From: an uncultured Phycisphaerales bacterium
GTDB lineage: Bacteria; Planctomycetota; Phycisphaerae; Sedimentisphaerales; Anaerobacaceae
Direction of reading: 5' to 3'
Assembly: GCA_963772725.1 (NCBI GenBank)
Contig: CAVYYI010000003.1
Location: 128,001 to 192,000 of the forward strand
DNA length: 64,000 nt
Every line of letters begins with the position of its first letter. Position 1 is the stretch's first letter. Below, in pieces: positions 59,398-64,000 of this stretch. The notes beneath the pieces are model-generated. The model was not told the DNA's origin. It was given only the letters and a program-made list of their open reading frames with translations, and searched no databases. Made by a program: the position numbers and the translations under genes.

Positions 59398-61323
59398 ATG
59401 AATTCAACAAAAGAGTCTTTGCCGGAATTGACAGCCAAAGCAATCATATTAGGCATAGTGCTTGCCGTTATACTTGGCGCGGCAAATGCGTACCTGGGAT
59501 TGTTCGCCGGAATGACAATATCCGCGTCGATACCCTCGGCGGTTGTCTCGATGGCTGTTTTGAAACTCTTTCGCAAAAGCAACATTCTTGAAAACAATAT
59601 TGTGCAGACTATCGCTTCGTCGGGAGAAGCGCTGGCCGCAGGAGTAATCTTTACAATACCGGCTCTGGTTATTCTCAACTACTGGAAAGAGTTTAATTAC
59701 CTTTGGGTGTCGATGATAGGGGGATTGGGAGGATTTCTCGGAATATTATTCACGATACCGCTGCGGCGGGCTTTTATTGTGGAAGATAAACTTAAATATC
59801 CTGAAGGAATAGCGACAGCGGAGGTTCTCAAGGCGGGACAGAGCGGCGGCTCCGACGTAAAATATCTTATTTTAGCGGCGGTTGCCGGCGGGCTTTTCAA
59901 GGTTGCCGCTGAAGGCCTGCGGCTTTGGAAAGGGGTCTTCGAAACTGCCAGAGGCGTCGGCGGAAGTATAGCGTATTTTGGCGCGAATCTAAGCCCCGCA
60001 ATGCTTTCAGTCGGTTATATCCTCGGATTGAACATATCGATTCTGATTTTTATCGGCGGCGCGGCTAATTGGCTGGTTGCGATACCAATTTGTGCTGCCT
60101 GTCAGATCTGGCCGTTGAGCAATGGAACGTTATTGCCTGCTGTTGAGTGGGCCGGTCAGATTTGGTCAACACAAACCCGCTATATCGGAGTTGGCGGAAT
60201 GCTGGTAGGCGGACTTTGGACTGTTATTAATCTTCGTGGTTCTTTGCTTCGCGGCATTAAGAGCGGGCTGAAGGCCTATCGGAAAATACCAGGTCAGCAT
60301 GTCCCTCTGGACAGGGTCGAACAAGATATTCCAATGAAGTGGGTGCTTATCCTGATAGTCGCTTCGGTCGTGCCTTTATTCCTGCTTTATCAATTGTTTG
60401 TGGCAAAGATTAGCGTCTCGCTTCCTATGGCGGCAATAATGCTCATAGCAGGCTTCCTGTTTTCGGCTGTCGCAGGGTATATGGCGGGAATCGTCGGCTC
60501 TTCAAACAATCCTATATCGGGAGTAACAATATCAACAGTATTGGTTACCGGATTATTATTGATGCTATTGATGGGTTCCCATGCCCCAAATGGCCCGGCG
60601 GCGGCGATTATTATAGGCAGCGTTGTCTGCTGCGCCGCGGCAATGGCAGGTGATACTATGCAGGACCTCAAAACAGGCCATATTGTCGGCTCAACGCCCT
60701 GGAAGCAGCAGTTGGTGGAAGTGTTCGGGAGTCTTCCCGCAGCGTTGCTGATGGCGCCAATACTGACATTGCTTTACAAAGCTTATGGATTTGCCGGTCA
60801 TGAGTCAGCCAAAGAAAACCCACTCATAGCGGCACAGGCAAATTTGATAGCCTCAGTGGCAAAAGGAGTCTTTGCCGGTGCGCTGCCATGGACATTTGTT
60901 ATTATTGGAATGGGGCTGGCTGTGCTGGTGATAGCGGTGGATGAATACCTCGCGAGAAAGGGAAGTACTTTCAGAACTCCCGTACTGGCCGTAGCGATAG
61001 GAATTTACCTGCCTTTTGAATTATCGGTACCGATTATTTCCGGCGGCGTTATCCATCAGCTTACGAAAGCTTATTATAAGAAGAAAAATTTCACTGATAA
61101 AATGTCAGAAACAGGCAACAAGTACGGACTTTTGTTCGCATCCGGCCTGATTACAGGCGAAGCCCTGGCGGGAATTTTACTGGCAGTACCAATTGTCCTG
61201 AGCGGAAGGTCAGACGTGTTAGCGGTGATGAATAATCCTTTAGGGTCATGGCCGGGTGTGATTATGCTGATAGGAATTGGTTATTGGCTGTATAGAACAG
61301 CGTTGGGAAAGACGGAAAAATAA
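59398..61323 (+). CDS. OPT-family oligopeptide transporter
   Basis: AYLGLFAGMTISASIP, LENNIVQT, YPEGIATAEV, GSSNNPISG, DTMQDLKTG. Confidence 0.93.
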   Translation: MNSTKESLPELTAKAIILGIVLAVILGAANAYLGLFAGMTISASIPSAVVSMAVLKLFRKSNILENNIVQTIASSGEALAAGVIFTIPALVILNYWKEFNYLWVSMIGGLGGFLGILFTIPLRRAFIVEDKLKYPEGIATAEVLKAGQSGGSDVKYLILAAVAGGLFKVAAEGLRLWKGVFETARGVGGSIAYFGANLSPAMLSVGYILGLNISILIFIGGAANWLVAIPICAACQIWPLSNGTLLPAVEWAGQIWSTQTRYIGVGGMLVGGLWTVINLRGSLLRGIKSGLKAYRKIPGQHVPLDRVEQDIPMKWVLILIVASVVPLFLLYQLFVAKISVSLPMAAIMLIAGFLFSAVAGYMAGIVGSSNNPISGVTISTVLVTGLLLMLLMGSHAPNGPAAAIIIGSVVCCAAAMAGDTMQDLKTGHIVGSTPWKQQLVEVFGSLPAALLMAPILTLLYKAYGFAGHESAKENPLIAAQANLIASVAKGVFAGALPWTFVIIGMGLAVLVIAVDEYLARKGSTFRTPVLAVAIGIYLPFELSVPIISGGVIHQLTKAYYKKKNFTDKMSETGNKYGLLFASGLITGEALAGILLAVPIVLSGRSDVLAVMNNPLGSWPGVIMLIGIGYWLYRTALGKTEK

Positions 61324-61345
61324 AAAATCCAAAGAGGTGGCTGGT

Positions 61346-62692
61346 TTGACGGATAAGCAAAAATATATAACCGCTCCGATTCCTACAGATAAAATGCCGG
61401 CGGGCATTCTGTATATTCTCTTTAATGAGGCGGGTGAGCGGTTCAGCTTCTATGGGATGAGATGTATTCTTGTTTTTTTTATGACGCACTATCTTTTGGG
61501 TTCCACAGGCACGCCGGATGTGATGAATGCCGAGGAAAGCAAGACTTATTTTCACCTGTTTATATCAGCGGTATATTTTACACCTCTCTTAGGAGCATTG
61601 CTCTCTGATATATGGCTGGGTAAATATCGAACCATTCTTTTTTTTTCCATTATTTACTGCCTGGGCTTTTTAGCTTTGTCGCTCGATAATACCAGGCTCG
61701 GCCTGAGTATTGGCCTGACATTGATTGCCGTCGGTTCGGGTGTGATAAAACCGTGTGTATCTGCCAACGTGGGTGACCAGTTCGGCCTGGCCAATAAACA
61801 CCTGATAGAAAGAGTTTACAGCTGGTTCTATTTCGCGATTAACTTCGGCGCTTTTTTTTCAACGCTTCTCTGCCCCTGGCTGCTGGACAAATTTGGGCCG
61901 AAAATAGCGTTTGGCACTCCTGCTGCTTTTATGTTTTTAGCCACGGTTGTTTTTTGGCTTGGGAGAAAAAAGTTCGTTCATGTTCCTGCTGCAGGTTACG
62001 GATTTGTTAAGGAAACATTCAGCGGCGAGGGGGCAAAAGCGATTGGCAAACTCTGCATAATCTATCTATTTATAGCGATGTTCTGGGCGATATTCGACCA
62101 GATGGATTCGGCGTGGGTCCTGCAGGCAGAAAAAATGAACCTGAACTGGCTCGGATACAAATGGCTGCCTGCGCAGATAGTCGCGGTTAATCCCCTGATG
62201 ATAATGATTCTCATACCGATATTCTCATTTGCCGTTTATCCCGCGATGAATAAACTTTTTAAATTGACGCCGCTCCGCAAGATTTCCATCGGCCTTTTTG
62301 TGGCGGCATCGGTTTTTGCTGTGTCAACCTGGATAGAAACGAGAATCTCCGCCGGTTTTAAACCGAGCATTGGATGGATGATTTTAGCGTATTTGCTCCT
62401 GACCAGCTCCGAAGTAATGGTTTCAATCACCTGTCTTGAGTTTTCATATACGCAGGCGCCGAAAAAAATGAAGTCTTTTATTATGGCTGTTTTTCTCCTT
62501 TCGGTATCTCTCGGTAACGCTTTTACCGCCTTTGTGAATTATTTCATTCAGAATAAAGACGGGACAAGCAAACTTACCGGCGCGAATTATTTCCTGTTTT
62601 TTACGATAATGATGCTTATAACGGCGACAGGCTTTATTTTCGTCGCCGCAAAATACCGTGAAAAAACTTACATCCAGGATGGAGCCGATTGA
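61346..62692 (+). CDS. POT/PTR-family proton-dependent di/tripeptide transporter
   Basis: EAGERFSFYG, GSGVIKPCVSANVGDQF, FYFAINFG, LEFSYTQAP; TTG start after GAGGTG. Confidence 0.93.
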   Translation: MTDKQKYITAPIPTDKMPAGILYILFNEAGERFSFYGMRCILVFFMTHYLLGSTGTPDVMNAEESKTYFHLFISAVYFTPLLGALLSDIWLGKYRTILFFSIIYCLGFLALSLDNTRLGLSIGLTLIAVGSGVIKPCVSANVGDQFGLANKHLIERVYSWFYFAINFGAFFSTLLCPWLLDKFGPKIAFGTPAAFMFLATVVFWLGRKKFVHVPAAGYGFVKETFSGEGAKAIGKLCIIYLFIAMFWAIFDQMDSAWVLQAEKMNLNWLGYKWLPAQIVAVNPLMIMILIPIFSFAVYPAMNKLFKLTPLRKISIGLFVAASVFAVSTWIETRISAGFKPSIGWMILAYLLLTSSEVMVSITCLEFSYTQAPKKMKSFIMAVFLLSVSLGNAFTAFVNYFIQNKDGTSKLTGANYFLFFTIMMLITATGFIFVAAKYREKTYIQDGAD

Positions 62693-62720
62693 GGTAAAAA
62701 AGTTTTAGGTTATACATAAT

Positions 62721-63461
62721 ATGAATCTCAAAACCAGACACAAGCTGAGTATAATCCCGGTAATGCTTTATTGGCTGTTTCTTTTCATCCTTACGCATAT
62801 TCCCAATCCTTCAGCGATAATTCGCGGGATTAACGTATCCGATAAGACAATGCACTTCATTGCTTATCTGTGCCTGGTTTTTCTGCTGTGGTTCGCGCTG
62901 GGTTCAAGCAACAAAGTCAACTGGCGAAAAATAAGTGTATGGCTGATAATCCTGATTATGGCCTGCTATGGCGCCGTCGATGAATGGCTCCAGGGCTTTG
63001 TTCACCGTACGCCGGACATACTCGATTTTTTCGCGGATATGGCAGGAGTCCTTACCGGTCTTATTATGCTCTCGATATTCTCATTCACGACCGCGTCCCT
63101 CATTGTCACGGCAGGAGCTATATTTATTCTGACAAAAGCCGTAAGAACGGTTTTCAACGGAGAGGTTCAAAATATAATCCTTCTTCTTCATCTTATCGCC
63201 TATGCCGTTTTGAGCGTTCTCTGGATTCAGTTTCTGGACATGAAATTCTCTCTAAAGGCGCCGCGGATAAAATGGCTTATTTCCGCGTTAACAGCTCCGA
63301 TAAGTTTAATGATTGCTACGGCGTTATTTTCGAAAATCAGCGGCAATAAACCGCATATTATGTACATTATGGCTTCCGCCGCCGGGGTCGCGGCGGTTGC
63401 GATGATATATTATTTCGCCGCCTTATTTCGCCAAAGGCTCTTTTTTGAAAGGCGTGTATAG
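62721..63461 (+). CDS. VanZ-like membrane protein
   Basis: DKTMHFIAY, DEWLQGFVHRT, DFFADMAG. Confidence 0.8.
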   Translation: MNLKTRHKLSIIPVMLYWLFLFILTHIPNPSAIIRGINVSDKTMHFIAYLCLVFLLWFALGSSNKVNWRKISVWLIILIMACYGAVDEWLQGFVHRTPDILDFFADMAGVLTGLIMLSIFSFTTASLIVTAGAIFILTKAVRTVFNGEVQNIILLLHLIAYAVLSVLWIQFLDMKFSLKAPRIKWLISALTAPISLMIATALFSKISGNKPHIMYIMASAAGVAAVAMIYYFAALFRQRLFFERRV

Positions 63462-64000
63462 CGGGTCGCCTATCAACATCATCTGCCACGAATTATACGG
63501 ATTTGTGCGGCAGTACGCCTCAGCGAGACAATATCCGTCAAATAATTCTGCGAAAAATTCTTTAGGCTGCGGGAAAGCGCTCAGGTAAGGCTCTGCCACC
63601 GCGCCAAGTGTGGCGGTTATTCCTTTTTTGAGCATAGATGGACACCACTGGCTGCTGTTGGCGTCGCGAAGGTCAATCGCCTCCCAGCTTGCGATGTGAT
63701 ACCCGATGGCCCCATCAGTAAACTCGAACGAATCAATATATTTTTTAAGACTATACCAGCCGCAGTAGATTGCCGTCGATGGACACTGTCCCTGCCCGAA
63801 GAGCGCTTCGGTGCGTTCCTCAACCACGGGCATTTTGTTTTTCGCTCTTATCATCTCAGCCATATCCCGCAGCGACTGGTCATAAAATCCGAAAGAGTAC
63901 GGCTTGTGGTCATCAGGAATGCCGCGGGAATCAACATAAGCTTTGCCTTTCAATCCGTTTCTCTCCGCCGCGACGGCCTTATCAATCAGCCGCATAGCGA
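63423..64000 (-). CDS. TIGR03790-like protein, C-terminal part (5' end outside the window)
   Basis: YCGWYS, GAIGYHIAS, GITATLGAVAEPYL, SWQMMLIGDPLY. Confidence 0.75.
   Translation of the reverse strand, partial: AMRLIDKAVAAERNGLKGKAYVDSRGIPDDHKPYSFGFYDQSLRDMAEMIRAKNKMPVVEERTEALFGQGQCPSTAIYCGWYSLKKYIDSFEFTDGAIGYHIASWEAIDLRDANSSQWCPSMLKKGITATLGAVAEPYLSAFPQPKEFFAELFDGYCLAEAYCRTNPYNSWQMMLIGDPLYTPFKKEPLAK

Noticed and set aside
63423..63461. Overlap of convergent VanZ-like and TIGR03790-like genes
   Set aside because: Short 3' overlaps of convergent genes are common.

Overview
Bacterial chromosomal segment, most likely a planctomycete (Phycisphaerae-like: no rpm[13 protein letters not shown] RpoB, RVRDLPG-type S12, PEP-CTERM and dockerin-type exported proteins). 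About 34 kb (8.1-41.9 kb, minus strand) is the fused translation/transcription superoperon: tRNA-Thr, tuf, rpmG, tRNA-Trp, secE, nusG, rplKAJL, rpoBC, rpsLG, fusA, then the S10, spc and alpha clusters. The left flank has yicC, secG, tpiA, pheA, ogt, an ABC-F, a short rho, tRNA-fMet and a HIT gene. The right flank has a czcCBA-type efflux cassette, xerD, secreted proteins and a peptidase/peptide-transporter cluster. Many essential genes are broken by single-base indels in patches, almost certainly consensus errors, so they are reported as reconstructed single genes with approximate ends. Two things stand out inside the core machinery: (1) an AT-rich, in-frame ~140-aa GIY-YIG-nuclease-like domain inserted in RNA polymerase beta-prime next to the secondary-channel rim helices; (2) an XRE/Cro-type helix-turn-helix domain apparently fused to the N-terminus of ribosomal protein uL22, in an S10 cluster that has its own promoter and a ~400-nt leader.
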